Origin: Cyanophora paradoxa CCMP329
Lineage: Eukaryota; Plantae; Glaucophyta
Direction: 5' to 3'
DNA length: 64,000 nucleotides
Assembly (NCBI GenBank): GCA_004431415.1
Contig: QPMI01000136.1
Span: 1 to 64,000, forward strand
Below, piece by piece: positions 1 to 11,828 of the stretch; positions within the stretch are counted from its first letter, which is position 1, and every line of letters begins with the position of its first letter. A model generated the notes under the pieces. It saw nothing but the letters and a program-made list of their open reading frames with translations, had not been told where the DNA came from and did no database searches. Made by a program: the position numbers and the translations under genes.

Positions 1-196
1 TAATATGTGTATGCATTGTGAATGAATAATAATGTAAAATATGTAAAATGTATCAAAAGAAATATGTATGAAATATCTAACGGAATTCCGTCGAAAAATA
101 ATAAATGTACTTTCTCGATTAAATGCGTAGCATATATGGAGCGGGATATGGCGCCGCGATTGTGTTAAAACAGCTACAATGTGCTGTATGGAGCGC
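1..196. repeat. Left terminal inverted repeat (partial, imperfect)
   Basis: TAATATGTGTATGCATT at 1 and TTGTGTTAAAACAGCTACAATGTGCTGTATGGAGCGC at 160-196 are reverse complements of sequence at 28155-28171 and 27980-28016. Confidence 0.9.
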
Positions 197-311
197 GGGG
201 TGTATAATACAACAAGGATAATATATGATACTTGATGATACTTTATGATTACTTATAGTATTTTATGACTGATATTATGTTATTTTAATGGGTTCTTACT
301 GATAATGGTAT

Positions 312-404
312 GTGTTACAGGTGTTACAGGTTCATCCCAAACTTTCCCCTAGGAGGAGGTCGGCGGCTTGGAACTTTGGGATTGACCTGTAACACCTGTA
401 ACAC
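312..404. repeat. 93-bp hairpin/cruciform with 9-bp iterons (candidate origin), copy A
   Basis: GTGTTACAG-GTGTTACAG-GTTCATCCCAAA ... TTTGGGATTGAC-CTGTAACAC-CTGTAACAC; homologous to 17009, 52565 and 52761. Confidence 0.9.
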
Positions 405-453
405 CACACTGAAAAACAATTAATTAACCTGTTACATCTTCTTTTACCACTTA

Positions 454-863
454 TTACCGTGTCGGAAATCTCGATACTTTATGTCTCTCCGTATTAGGAG
501 ATCCACCAAAGATACCTATTATTCTCTTCTATTAACGATGATATATTACATGTCTTTCCCTCCGCGTCCCTTCCGCAACTGAATATATCGATGGCTAACA
601 TGCCCTCGTCTGAGTAACAATGAGCGGTGCAATGACTCTCATCTAATAGGAGAACTAATGTAAAACCCGGAGGTGAAAGACCACCATCGAAAATCTCGTA
701 ATGCTTGTGAACTACTCGTATACCTTGTTCTTGTATAATATCTTGTAAAAAGTGCATTAACCATTTTGTTGTGGTCTCTAAGTTGTCCACTCCCGTAATT
801 AGCGGTAATTAGCGGACTCGAAAACTTGTAATCTAACATCACATGGAAGCCCCGATGGTTCAT
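454..863 (-). CDS. speD: S-adenosylmethionine decarboxylase proenzyme (prokaryotic type), frameshifted in this assembly
   Basis: GFTLVLLLDESHCTAHCY...AIDIFSCG with the E-S self-cleavage site. The N-terminus MNHRGFHVMLDY and the C-terminus TERHKVSRFP lie in other frames and match the intact copy at 53284-53682. Confidence 0.85.
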
Positions 864-907
864 TTATGAATTATATAGAAAAATTAAATTACGGAAATAA
901 GGTAAAG

Positions 908-2308
908 ATGCCGTCAGCACAGATAGGATTAAGACCCACTCCAAAGATCGTAAAGAAGAGCATGAAAGAAGATCAGGGTAACATGCTACCTATAACCATT
1001 CCGATAGAACAGAAAAACACACGAATTTTAAAGAAGTCTGAGATAGTTAAAGAACTGATCCCGGAGGCATTGCCTACTGATACTGTAACGAAAGAATCTA
1101 AGATTGCTAAGAAGTTTTACGATCCGCGCACCGGATACAAGGGTTTCGGAGCTATGAGGAAGGAGTTACCAGATGAAGACTATAAGAAGATGAAAGAATG
1201 GTATGATAAACAGGAAGTCGTTCAGATTAACGCGCCTACCCTTTCAAGAAAGAGAGACCCGATGATACCAATTAGGCAACCTCTCGATACCTATGTTATA
1301 GATCTTCTGTTTTTCCCGGCTTATAAGAAGCAAAATGACGGATACGATACGTTTATGTCCGCGATGGAATCAACGCTTAGAACAGGTTATATTATTCCGA
1401 TGAGAGATAAGAGCGCTATTACGACTCTTGCCGCTTTCGAACAGCTACAAAAGAGAGTCCCTCGACCTATCGCACGCGTCCAAAGTGATAGCGGGAGCGA
1501 ATTTACGAATACGGTGTTCACTAACTACCTTGCTAAGAAGTTCATCGATCATCAGATTAGCGATGTCGCAGATCATCGTAGTCAGGGTAGAATTGAAGCG
1601 TTTAACAAGCAGATCAAGCGGCTTATTACGAACTATTGCATAGCAAACAACACAGCGCGATTTTTCGATGTATTGGGTGACATTGAGTATAATTATAATC
1701 ATACTGTTCATTCAGCGACTAAGAGAAAACCCGCAGAAACCACAGATGAGCATTATAGAGAGATCATAGGTTTAGAAGACGAGAAGTTTAAGAAGTCGAT
1801 GGCTTACTTAGACGGTATTCAAAAGGGTATGTTTGTGCGGGTGAGAATAGAAAAGAACCCATTCGCTAAACAGGGTGTCAATTGGTCGCGGATCGTTTAT
1901 ACTGTCGAGGGTAGGGAGGGTTTTAAGTTTCGGTTACGAAATCCGAATGGTGAATTGGTCGATGGAAGGTTTGCTTTCCACGAACTGTTACCTATCAAAG
2001 GTGTAGAGTATCATGAGGCGCCCACAGGTGATGCATTAGAACAAGCCAAAGAAGAAGCGCGTGTGGATGCGGCGATACGAAAGGAAGGCATCGAAAAAGC
2101 GGATGATGTCCCAGAAGAACCGCTAACACAAGCCAGAACTAAGAAGAAAGGGAAGGCGGAGCGTGAAATTAAGAAGTTGGTCATAGCAGGAACCCAGAAG
2201 CTATCAGAGGTCAACAGCCAGAGATGGTATACAGACTTCCAGACCTCAAAAGAGACATATACAGCACCTCAAACCCGGGTAAATCTACGATCCAGTTCCC
2301 GGAAGTAG
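908..2308 (+). CDS. Retroviral-like (rve) DDE integrase of Polinton type
   Basis: YVIDL, QSDSGSEF, QGRIEAFNKQIK and YNHTVHSATKRKP motifs. The ATG at 908 follows TAAAG like other genes of the element. Confidence 0.93.
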   Translation: MPSAQIGLRPTPKIVKKSMKEDQGNMLPITIPIEQKNTRILKKSEIVKELIPEALPTDTVTKESKIAKKFYDPRTGYKGFGAMRKELPDEDYKKMKEWYDKQEVVQINAPTLSRKRDPMIPIRQPLDTYVIDLLFFPAYKKQNDGYDTFMSAMESTLRTGYIIPMRDKSAITTLAAFEQLQKRVPRPIARVQSDSGSEFTNTVFTNYLAKKFIDHQISDVADHRSQGRIEAFNKQIKRLITNYCIANNTARFFDVLGDIEYNYNHTVHSATKRKPAETTDEHYREIIGLEDEKFKKSMAYLDGIQKGMFVRVRIEKNPFAKQGVNWSRIVYTVEGREGFKFRLRNPNGELVDGRFAFHELLPIKGVEYHEAPTGDALEQAKEEARVDAAIRKEGIEKADDVPEEPLTQARTKKKGKAEREIKKLVIAGTQKLSEVNSQRWYTDFQTSKETYTAPQTRVNLRSSSRK

Positions 2309-2434
2309 CTTAGATGCGTAGAGGATGAAAAGAGGATTCCGGCGATGGTCGCGGTTTTGAAAGGCGATCAGTTGGTGAAGAGTTATAGCAGTTTGTATGA
2401 ATTTCTTGGAATTTTTGGTTTCTTTGGGTTTCTT

Positions 2435-2563
2435 CCCCCCATCGTTCTGACTATTTCCCCCCATTGTTCTGACTATTTCCCCCCATTGTTCTGAAACCAT
2501 CCCCCCATCGTCCTGAAACCATCCCCCCATTGTCCTGAAATCATCCCCCCATCGTCCTGAAAT
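2435..2563. repeat. 22-bp tandem repeat x6 (CCCCCCATYGTYCTGA-n6)
   Basis: Directly visible; lies in the convergent intergenic region between integrase and patatin. Confidence 0.92.
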
Positions 2564-2745
2564 GTCCGAAATTCCCACGACATATATACACCATATATAC
2601 ACGACATATTTACACTATATATACCAAAACCTCCGTAATGCCGTTTGACCGAGAACAAAATGTTTGGAAAAAATAATAAATAATATTATTATATATACAT
2701 ATACATATATATAATCAAAAAATCGGAAAAAAACCCCTCGTTTTT

Positions 2746-4277
2746 CTACCGTATAAATGCGCCCGTAACATCGACTCTCATAGTCGGAGCATTTATATAT
2801 ACCAAAGGATAAATACGTATATATCGTGTTCTCAATGGATAACCTATGTAAAATACATCATTTACCGAAAGTGGGAACCCCATAGCATATGATACATCCC
2901 CAGAGTTATTAGCATTATTTATATTCTCACATACAAACATTCTATTTACACCCTCATATTTGATAAATGACCATGTTATATCATCTTGCGATGTCGCAAC
3001 ATTGAAAGTCTTAATAAACGCAGTTGTTATACCTGAACCATATGCAATTATAGAAGCGACCTCAAATGTATATGGGAAGGCTATTTGCAAAATTCAGTAG
3101 GCGTTTCCATACTCCGTTAATTGCGGATGCATTCGCTTCCCATCCAGTTAATGATGGCGGGCTTTAAATGCCTCTTTTCCGAATTTGGCAGAAGAAGCGG
3201 TAAACGCATTATCTGATAGAAGATACCAGTTAGCATCGATAGGAGGTATGTTATTAAGGTGGATGATACATAGGATCTTACAGGGTTCTTAATCTCAAGT
3301 TTGTAACAAGTAACTCACAGAGTCGATCTATCATGGCGTCGTTTGCTTGTAATATACGTTTCAGTCGCCGCGATCATGTCTGGAATCTTAGAAGTATCAT
3401 CGAGGAGTTTAAGATATCTTTCGGAAGCGGCACAGAGATACGGTAGTATCGCGCGTATCCTTGGTCATCATTATATGGTAAAAACTCTTGCATCTTTTCA
3501 AGAGCCGATAATTCACTTGCCAGCCATTAGCATATTGATTAATGGACTCCCTGAGGTGGAAGCAATCCATGAAAGAATACCCCAGGTATTCACACTTTCG
3601 TAAGAGTAACCCACATTTTGGTGCGTCGGTTTCGTTAACCTCACCACATGATATGCTAATAACTATAATATCGTCATCGTTATCATAAATTCTTTTTGCG
3701 TGACTATAACCACAAACACTTGGGTTATTGTTACCTGATATAGCACCATCAATTAGACACATGCCGTTGTAATCGACAGGAGCAAAATATGTAGGAGCGG
3801 CGGAAGTAGAACGTGCCGCTATTTTACTTGGTATAGTCTTGTAATCATTATCATTTGCTATGAAAATTGTTTCATGCTTACAGTGTCGAACGTCGTAATA
3901 ACCACATCTTTTAGTGAATCTTTTATGAGAGCTTCCCCAGTCACAGAGAAAATAGCGGTTTCTAATGGTGATACATCATATTTAGTATTGAAAAGTGCAT
4001 TCTCTATGATATTCCGCGGATTCGCAAAGATGAGAGGAAGATGATATAGGTAAGTATTGTGAAGGTCGGTAGCTGTTAATTTAGGTTCATCGGGAAATTC
4101 GGGATTTTTCACATTGAGACCGATAGCGATAATACCGCCTGTGGACGTTCCACTTACAAGATCGACCAAATCAATAACGCGTTTACCCGTTCTTGTTTCT
4201 ATTTCTTTTAACAACCTTGTTATGATAATACCACGTGCGCCGCCGCCGGACAATGCTAAAACTACGCGTAAGGGCAT
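2746..4277 (-). CDS. Patatin-like phospholipase with C-terminal discoidin (F5/8 type C) domain, multiply frameshifted
   Basis: GGGARG, GTSTG, SAAPTYF and DGA motifs across ORF pieces; colinear with the intact 518-aa copy at 62030. Confidence 0.88.
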
Positions 4278-4326
4278 CTTTACTTTATTGAAATTTAATA
4301 AATCTCTATTATTAGAGTAACCAGGG

Positions 4327-7300
4327 ATGAGTTTCAATTATCCAGCAAATTTACAAACCATAACAGGTAGTGGTAAAGGAAACACTAAACATGTTAACTT
4401 TGATAATATCACCATTAAAGGGTCGGCGTCAAATTGATCAGAGCGCCGATAAACCAGTAAGACGCATCCCAGAATTCATGCTTTAACAGTGAATCAAACA
4501 GACCCAGAAAAAGAAGATGTAAGTATAGCTTTCAGTTTGGGGAATGTAAAAAAAAACGCGGTTGCGGAGATCAAGGCAACAAGAAGGAGACCACGGAAAC
4601 TTAAAGCAAGTGGAACGCATCCCGATATTCCCACACGTTATGATAGCGGACGTTTGGTTTTTAATGTCCAGGATGAGAAGGGAGTTCATCGTAGCGGTTT
4701 GAGAATCTATAATGAAGGATCAAATGCGATTACACAAATCCCTCAGATATTACAGGTAGCCCCACATGGTGAAGAGAATCAGATTCGCTACACCAATAAT
4801 ATTTACCCACAGGACATTGTCACCAATTCAAACACTAATGCACTGTTTGGTTTCACTCTTCCACCGGATACTTCCAAAGAAAAAGATCGATCACTGTCGA
4901 CAGTAGTCCCAGTCAACCAGTAGCTATACATTTACATCCCGATCTTGTCGAAATGGATCGGCATTTACTACCTTTGGTAACCAATACGAAAGACCTTGGT
5001 ATTAGAACCCGACAATGGCGAAATATTCATGGTAGTAATGTTTATGCAAATGGGGAACGGCTCGTTAGTGAGAAAACCATAAGAGAGATCATAGAGCATT
5101 ACGGACCTACTCCGGTTCCCTTTCCACTTCCATGGGATCCACCAGATCTTACACAAAGAAACAACCAGGAAGAGAATACACAGCGGATGAAACGGTTGCG
5201 TTTGGGCAGCATTTTGTTAGTTGGGAAAAAGTCCATAATAAACCAGTTTTTAAAGATTACAACCGCCGCTGAGGAACTCTTAGCACCAGATATTAATGTT
5301 ATACCTCTCGAACATAAAGAATGTGAAGACGTGGAAGAATTGCCGGATGGATTTGATCCTAACCATATGTTATATGATCGTTACGAACCTTACGACGAAC
5401 AACTTTTACCACATGGATTAAATCCACCTAACATAGATTACGAACAGCCGCATATACCAGATGAAGAGTTATTACCAGATGGATTACAGCCGGGATTTTT
5501 CGATTTTACCGTAGATTGGAGGGATATTATTAACAAACCCGACACATTCCCACCAGATCCCCACGAACACGAATGGGAAGACATTTTAAACAAACCGGAA
5601 AGATTCCCACCGACAGAGCATAGGCACGATTGGGAAGATTTAGATAACATACCTACTGAATTTCCACCAGCAGATCATAGGCATAATTGGGACGAAATCG
5701 ATGAGCAACCTACTTTCGCATCCGCAGGAAATGTATTAACAGATTTCCAACATGGCGTAAGTCTTTATAGAAATATTAACATAGAAGAAAGATTACAATT
5801 AAATGACCACTACCTTAATCGCATGGGAATAGAGGCAGGCACAGGAATGGAAGCCGAATTATACATTAGACCACCCAGAAGAGAAGGCATTTTACCAATT
5901 AGTGGTAATTTTGGTCTGTATGAACGAAACCCGGAATTTATTTAACAAGCTACTATCCTGAGGATATCGAGATGACAAATGTATTACCTCCGCTACCGTC
6001 ACTTCCATTAGATCCAAATAGTTGCGATAACAAAGACGCAGCAATACAAATTAATGTAACAGATGTTAGCGACTTTGACCAATCGAGACCCAAATTAGTA
6101 TTTAGTCGCAGCGTCTTTTACCTAATACTTTTATAGGAGATCGAGATGATTATAGAAGATGTGAGGTAGCATGGATAAAAACAAATTATAATGGCGGAGT
6201 TGGTGAAGGTTTATTAGAAATCAATCAAAGAGCAAGCGCCAAAAATATACACAATGAAGATATTTCAAGAGTGGTAACGGAAGATTATTTAGAAGAACAG
6301 GGATACATTGATGAAGGCGAACTTACTAATATTCTTTCACTATTCGTGATAAAAATGATACAAACCTTACAGTCACAAGTAACATTTATACAAGTAACAT
6401 TTCAGCAAGTAACATATGGGCAAGTAACATATGGACAAGTAACATATGGGCAAGTAATATTTATGGAAGTAACATTTACACCAGTAACCTTTGGGCAAGT
6501 AATCTTTATTCCAGCAACTTAGTCGTCGATTATTTGACTGTGAATATAGAAGCAAACCTACCACATCATCCCACTTCTAATGTTGTTTTAGATTGGATAG
6601 CAAACCACACCCATACCAAAGATGAGATCGAGGATTTTGCCCATAGGCACATGTGGAGCGAAATAGATGACCAGCCTAAGTTTGCATCAGCAGGTGATGT
6701 ATTCGACACCACACATGGTGTTACTCTCTATCAAGTAATACCATACCAGAGAGATTAAGATTAGATGAATATTATGTGAATCGAAAAGGAATAGATGCAG
6801 GCACCACAATGGAAGGCGAATTATACATTAGACCCCCCACAAGAATGCAGATGATTGCAGCAGGCGGAAATTTCGGTTTGATGGACACCAAACCAGGTAT
6901 CTATCTGACAAGCTACTATGCTGATGACATCCCAATGACAGATAGTTTAATATTATCGCTTCCATCTGATCCAGCAAACTATGATGACAAAGATGCAGCA
7001 ATCCAAATTAATGTTACTGATGTAAGTGACTTAGATAGTTCAAGACCCAAATTAATATTCACCAGAGAGAGATTGTTACCAAATGCTCTTATTGGAAATC
7101 GAGATGACTACAAGAGATGCGAGATATCATGGATAAAAACAAATTATAATGATGGAGTTGGTGAGGGTCTCTTAGAAATCAATCAGAGAGCCTCAGCGAA
7201 AAACATCCACAATGAAACAATTTCAAGAATTGTTACAGAAGATTACCTACAAGCCCAGAACTACATAGATGAAACAGAACTTGATACAATCATTGCAGGT

Positions 7301-8508
7301 ATAAATATTGGTGTAACAGGTGATTACCTTCCGCTAACAGGTGGGATTATTGATGGAACAGTAACGGCATGTAACTTTTTTGTCCATACTGAATGTAATC
7401 AAACCTTCCTGTGGTTCATCCAGGAGGTGAGTATGTGATACCTGACGATCCAGCTATTATGCCTATAAAGATTGATCTACCATCTGATTATGTAGGAAGG
7501 GGAGAGCTAAAAACCATTTCTTTCACAGGAGACTACAATGATCTAATTAATAAACCCACCGCAGCAAATCTACATCCTGTTGCATTTTCAGGTAGTTTCC
7601 TCGACCTTAATAATAGATCACACACCCATACAAAGGCAGAAATCACAGATTTTGCACACACTCACACCAAATCCCAAATCACAGATTTTGCACACACCCA
7701 TACCCGAGCAGATATTACTAATTTCGCTCACACTCATGTTAAATCAGAGATATTAGATCTCGGAAATGTTGCTTATGTAGGTCACACCCACACTAAGGCA
7801 GAGATTACAGATCTTGGAAATGTTGCGTATGTAGGTCACACCCACACAAAGGCAGAGATTACAGATTTTGCACACACTCATGATTGGAATACAGATATTT
7901 ATAACAAACCAGCGATTTTTTCGGGCAACTACAATGACCTGACCAATAAACCAACTCTTGATCCATTCACAGCTACCACCATCAGAGCGAACAACACAAT
8001 GTATGTAGGATCAGGTCAGATTGTAGAACCAGCAGGACCTATGTTTGAAGAAACATGGTTCTTCCACAATTCGCAAAATTACTTTGATAAGACCTTACTT
8101 GTTCGTGGAAATGCCTATGCAAGAAACTTTTATGCTATGAACCCTTCAAATAATCAGACTATCAGTAGATGCATTACAGAAGCGGATCTATCCAGTCAAC
8201 TCAATGCGTATTTTAATGGGAAAATAAAAGCAGGAAAGTATGTTTACACTACTCCTGTTTTGAACTACAATAATTTATATGTGTTCAATCTTACCATCTA
8301 TTTCAGTAGTGCCTTTGCTTCTCCTCCTGTTGTGACAGCAACAGTAAGGCATGAAGGACAGGCAAATGCTACAACACCAGTCATATTTACTGTGAACCTG
8401 TTAAATGTTTACAGTGACTATTTCACATGTGAACTTTTCACTGATCCATATGCAATGGACAATACAGCCAAAACTGTAACAATCCATTACATTGCTGTCG
8501 CAATTTAA
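4327..8508 (+). CDS. Large phage-tail-fibre-like protein (HTHTK repeats, C-terminal H-lectin/gp53-like domain), split by frameshifts
   Basis: Starts MSFNYPANLQT like the 1976-aa ORF of element 2. ORF pieces 4489, 4953, 6534, 6776 and 7411 are colinear with it. Contains HTHTKAEITDFA repeats and the tip FSSAFASPPVVTAT...TIHYIAV. Confidence 0.82.
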
Positions 8509-8527
8509 CTATTTCGTAATTATAAAG

Positions 8528-9598
8528 ATGACCTCTCTATTAGAAATCCCAAACTATGAACTCGCCGCAAAATCACTTCACAGCACCTCTCATGGAGTAG
8601 TTGATTCAACCCCTGGGTATATTTCCACAGAAACTTCAAGCAATACCTCTTTCACAGAGAATAGTATACTCAGAGTCAAAGAAATTCGATGTGATCGAAA
8701 TGGAGGCAAGATTAGAACCACAGGCATTATAATCTCGAATAAAAATCAAGTTCAAGCAGGGCAGGTAGTCCCCGATTCAGCAATATATGATAATGTGGGT
8801 GGATTCACCACAGCAAAGATAGTTACTTTTGATAACACAAGTAATAACTCGGCTCTTGTGGTCAAGAGTGGAGGGGCATACATTGGTGATGGAGCAATTG
8901 TGGTGGCGACTGTCATAGCAAATCAATTTAATGTGAATGGAACAAGTTCATTTACAGGATTGATGACCTTCAATGGTGGACTCTCGGGAACTGTTAGCGT
9001 TGAAACTCGAAAAGCAACCACAAGAGTTCAAACACCTGAGATAGACAATGGGACAAATGTGAATATGAATTACAAACGAAACGGAAATACCATTTTCACT
9101 CTCGAAAAGACAATAACAGATCTGAATGTAATCACAATCCCGGAAAATAGTGGTCTGAAACGAACCTATTGCCCAAGAATGAATATATCAAGACAAGCTC
9201 CTAGTTTGACAGGGACAGTAATACTTAACAATGCAACAGCATTTTCCTTTACAGGTGGAGCTTATCTTGTAAACAATGAAGGAAACTTTTCATCCACAAA
9301 ATTTACAGCTCCTGTTTCCGGAGTATATAGGGTGTTCTTTGCATGCATGAGAGCTGGCACAACCTCTTATACTCATATTGCTACCAGCATTTATTTAAAT
9401 GGAAATCCTACAACCCTCCAAACAAGGGTTTCAATGCCGTCCGCGGGGATTTCTAATACATTTGTAACTCCAATTTCATTTGAAGTTTTACTTTCTCTTA
9501 TTCAAGGTGACTCCTTTGATATGCGCAATAGTTCTGGTGCCACTCTTCAATTTGATATCAGATACTATCTTTCTTGTGATCTTGTTAGTGCTACATAA
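8528..9598 (+). CDS. Fibre/spike protein: shared N-terminal anchor domain plus C1q-like head
   Basis: RVKEIRCDRNGGKIRTT...SGGAYIGDG N-terminus; C1q signature FTAPVSGVYRVFF. Confidence 0.78.
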   Translation: MTSLLEIPNYELAAKSLHSTSHGVVDSTPGYISTETSSNTSFTENSILRVKEIRCDRNGGKIRTTGIIISNKNQVQAGQVVPDSAIYDNVGGFTTAKIVTFDNTSNNSALVVKSGGAYIGDGAIVVATVIANQFNVNGTSSFTGLMTFNGGLSGTVSVETRKATTRVQTPEIDNGTNVNMNYKRNGNTIFTLEKTITDLNVITIPENSGLKRTYCPRMNISRQAPSLTGTVILNNATAFSFTGGAYLVNNEGNFSSTKFTAPVSGVYRVFFACMRAGTTSYTHIATSIYLNGNPTTLQTRVSMPSAGISNTFVTPISFEVLLSLIQGDSFDMRNSSGATLQFDIRYYLSCDLVSAT

Positions 9599-9620
9599 TA
9601 TTATCTGTATAGTATAAAGA

Positions 9621-10643
9621 ATGTCTACACAAATTGCTGTTCCTGTTTTCTGTTATGCCGCCCCAAAAATACATCAACTGAACCATACAGTAACAGATGC
9701 AACACCTGGGTTTATTTGCACAGAAACAACAGGGGCTGATTCGTTTTCACAGAACTCTGTGATTAGATGTAAAGAAATTCGATGTGATCGCAATGGGGGA
9801 AAAGTGAGAACCACAGGTCTCATTGTATCTAACAAGAACCAAGTCCAATCAGGTCAAATTGTTTCAGATACAGCAATTTATGACAATGTGGGAGGGTTCA
9901 CCACACCCAAAATAGTTACTTTTGATAATACAATTAATAATGCTGCTCTTTCAGTTAGAAGTGGAGGGGCATATATTGGAGATGGGGCAAGGATTGATGG
10001 AACTCTAACAGCCAATCAAGTGAACATTACAGGAACAAGCACATTTACAGGTTCAGTAACAGCCCATGGAGGCATAAGTATTCCAGAAACAACACAATCG
10101 ATAATAACAGCAACTTCCAAGGTGGTTACACCTGAGATCGATACAGGAGCAAATGTGAATCTTGTTTTGAAACGCAACAGTGATATTGTGGCTACTCTGG
10201 AAACCAATCGCTTGACAATTAATACAAATTGTTATTTAAAATATGACTATCAGCCTCGATTTTCTGTTCAACTTAATTATCCTCATGTTGCTACCAGTGA
10301 AACTGCACTTATCAATTGGGGAGTAGTGTTTCTGAATAATAGGGATGGATTCAATGTGACTAATGGAAGGTTCACAGCTCCTGTTGCGGGTCATTACAGA
10401 TTTACAGCATATACCCACTCAACATCAAGTAATCCAATAAGTCTCTCTTTAAAAGTAAATGACCAAGACCCAGGGGGTCAAAGTATTATAACACAAAATA
10501 ACTCCACTCTCACGAATAAACCGCTTTACATTAGTGTAATTCTCAACATTGCTATGGGTGAGTATGTAACACTTGTAACAAATAATGGGGGTAGCTACAC
10601 AAATCGAACAACATTCACAGGTGAGCTTCTCAGTCTCACATAA
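9621..10643 (+). CDS. Fibre/spike protein paralog with C1q-like head
   Basis: Same N-terminal domain; GRFTAPVAGHYRFT and terminal TTFTGELL typical of C1q domains. Confidence 0.8.
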   Translation: MSTQIAVPVFCYAAPKIHQLNHTVTDATPGFICTETTGADSFSQNSVIRCKEIRCDRNGGKVRTTGLIVSNKNQVQSGQIVSDTAIYDNVGGFTTPKIVTFDNTINNAALSVRSGGAYIGDGARIDGTLTANQVNITGTSTFTGSVTAHGGISIPETTQSIITATSKVVTPEIDTGANVNLVLKRNSDIVATLETNRLTINTNCYLKYDYQPRFSVQLNYPHVATSETALINWGVVFLNNRDGFNVTNGRFTAPVAGHYRFTAYTHSTSSNPISLSLKVNDQDPGGQSIITQNNSTLTNKPLYISVILNIAMGEYVTLVTNNGGSYTNRTTFTGELLSLT

Positions 10644-10664
10644 TTTTCTCTCTATAAAATAGGA

Positions 10665-10931
10665 ATGTCGAATATATACCAAGTGGCTCTCTCAGATATT
10701 GAAAAGTTGGGAATGGAATATTGCGCTGCTTCTGTTCAGGATTGGATTGATAATGTTGTTCATAACAGGGCAAGAATCGCAATCGATGATATTGTTCAAA
10801 AAGAAATTCAATCTTGCATCTCATCAGGAGTTCAGATACCAACCTCTAAGGAAGCGATTGTATTACAGGCATTCCAAAGGGGAACTGTAAAGAAAGGCAT
10901 CGAGTATAACAATGTCACAGAAGAGCAATGA
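10665..10931 (+). CDS. Small helical protein resembling those downstream of C1q tail genes in aquatic phages
   Basis: SVQDWIDNVVHNRARIAIDDIV...GVQIPTSKEAIV; recognised from memory, not searched. Confidence 0.55.
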   Translation: MSNIYQVALSDIEKLGMEYCAASVQDWIDNVVHNRARIAIDDIVQKEIQSCISSGVQIPTSKEAIVLQAFQRGTVKKGIEYNNVTEEQ

Positions 10932-10966
10932 ACATTATTTTTCTTTCCTTCTTAGTAAAAGAAGCA

Positions 10967-11809
10967 ATGGGTGAATATAATCGTGTGCAATTACCTGTTT
11001 ACGCATTGGGATCGCCCGCGGTTCACTTTCGACAACATGAGGTAGCCGACGAAATCCGCGGTGTGGAATCGACGGAACGCGCTAATTCCGCGAATGCATT
11101 CGATAAAAACAGCATGATACGTGTTAAAGAACTACGAGCCGACAAGAATTCGGGAGTGGTTAAAACGACTCAACTTCTTGTAACAAATGCGAATTTTAAC
11201 GCGGGTATTGGGCAACCTGACGCATGGGGTGTGGATATTAGAACGTTAGATTTTGACGGAGAACGTGCCGCCGCTGTTGTCCGATCAGGAGGCGCTGTTA
11301 TTGGCGGCGGTTGTCGTGTGTCGGGTATGCTTGCATCCTCCGTTGCCGTTACCGATATTCCCGATACTCTACCTGAGCATGCGGACAATCCGCAACGTAT
11401 CCGTATGTATACTCCGTGTGGAGACTATCCGTATGTGTTTGGAATGGTCAGAGTTGGGGTAGATAACGTAAATGCAACACAACCCGATGGAATTATGGGA
11501 AATTGGTTACTACCAAATATTGCTATTCCTAAATCTATTGAGTCTATATGTCGTTCACAAAATGGTATTATCGGACCGGCTTATACTTTCTTTGTTCAGG
11601 GAATCGGACGCGGTAGAGGTTGGGTGGAATTTGATAACCAGAACCCCGCAACGTTCAATGTTTGGACAACAGAAGTAGGAGGTTACGATATTCTCATTTT
11701 CGGAATGCGAACAGATCCAGCGGCTGTGGCGGCTACACGTGGTCTCAATCCCGATAACAACCTAAATAACTTCTACGATGATCCGTTCCCAGGTGATCCC
11801 ACACCATAA
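10967..11809 (+). CDS. Anchor-domain paralog (putative virion protein)
   Basis: RVKELRADKNSGVVKTT...RSGGAVIGGG; ortholog at 54862-55707 defines the start MGEYNRVQLP. Confidence 0.8.
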   Translation: MGEYNRVQLPVYALGSPAVHFRQHEVADEIRGVESTERANSANAFDKNSMIRVKELRADKNSGVVKTTQLLVTNANFNAGIGQPDAWGVDIRTLDFDGERAAAVVRSGGAVIGGGCRVSGMLASSVAVTDIPDTLPEHADNPQRIRMYTPCGDYPYVFGMVRVGVDNVNATQPDGIMGNWLLPNIAIPKSIESICRSQNGIIGPAYTFFVQGIGRGRGWVEFDNQNPATFNVWTTEVGGYDILIFGMRTDPAAVAATRGLNPDNNLNNFYDDPFPGDPTP

Positions 11810-11828
11810 TTATGTTTTAATATATTAA

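Noticed and set aside
4327-10643. Diversity-generating retroelement acting on fibre tips
   Set aside because: No reverse transcriptase and no template/variable repeat pair with adenine-specific mismatches was seen.
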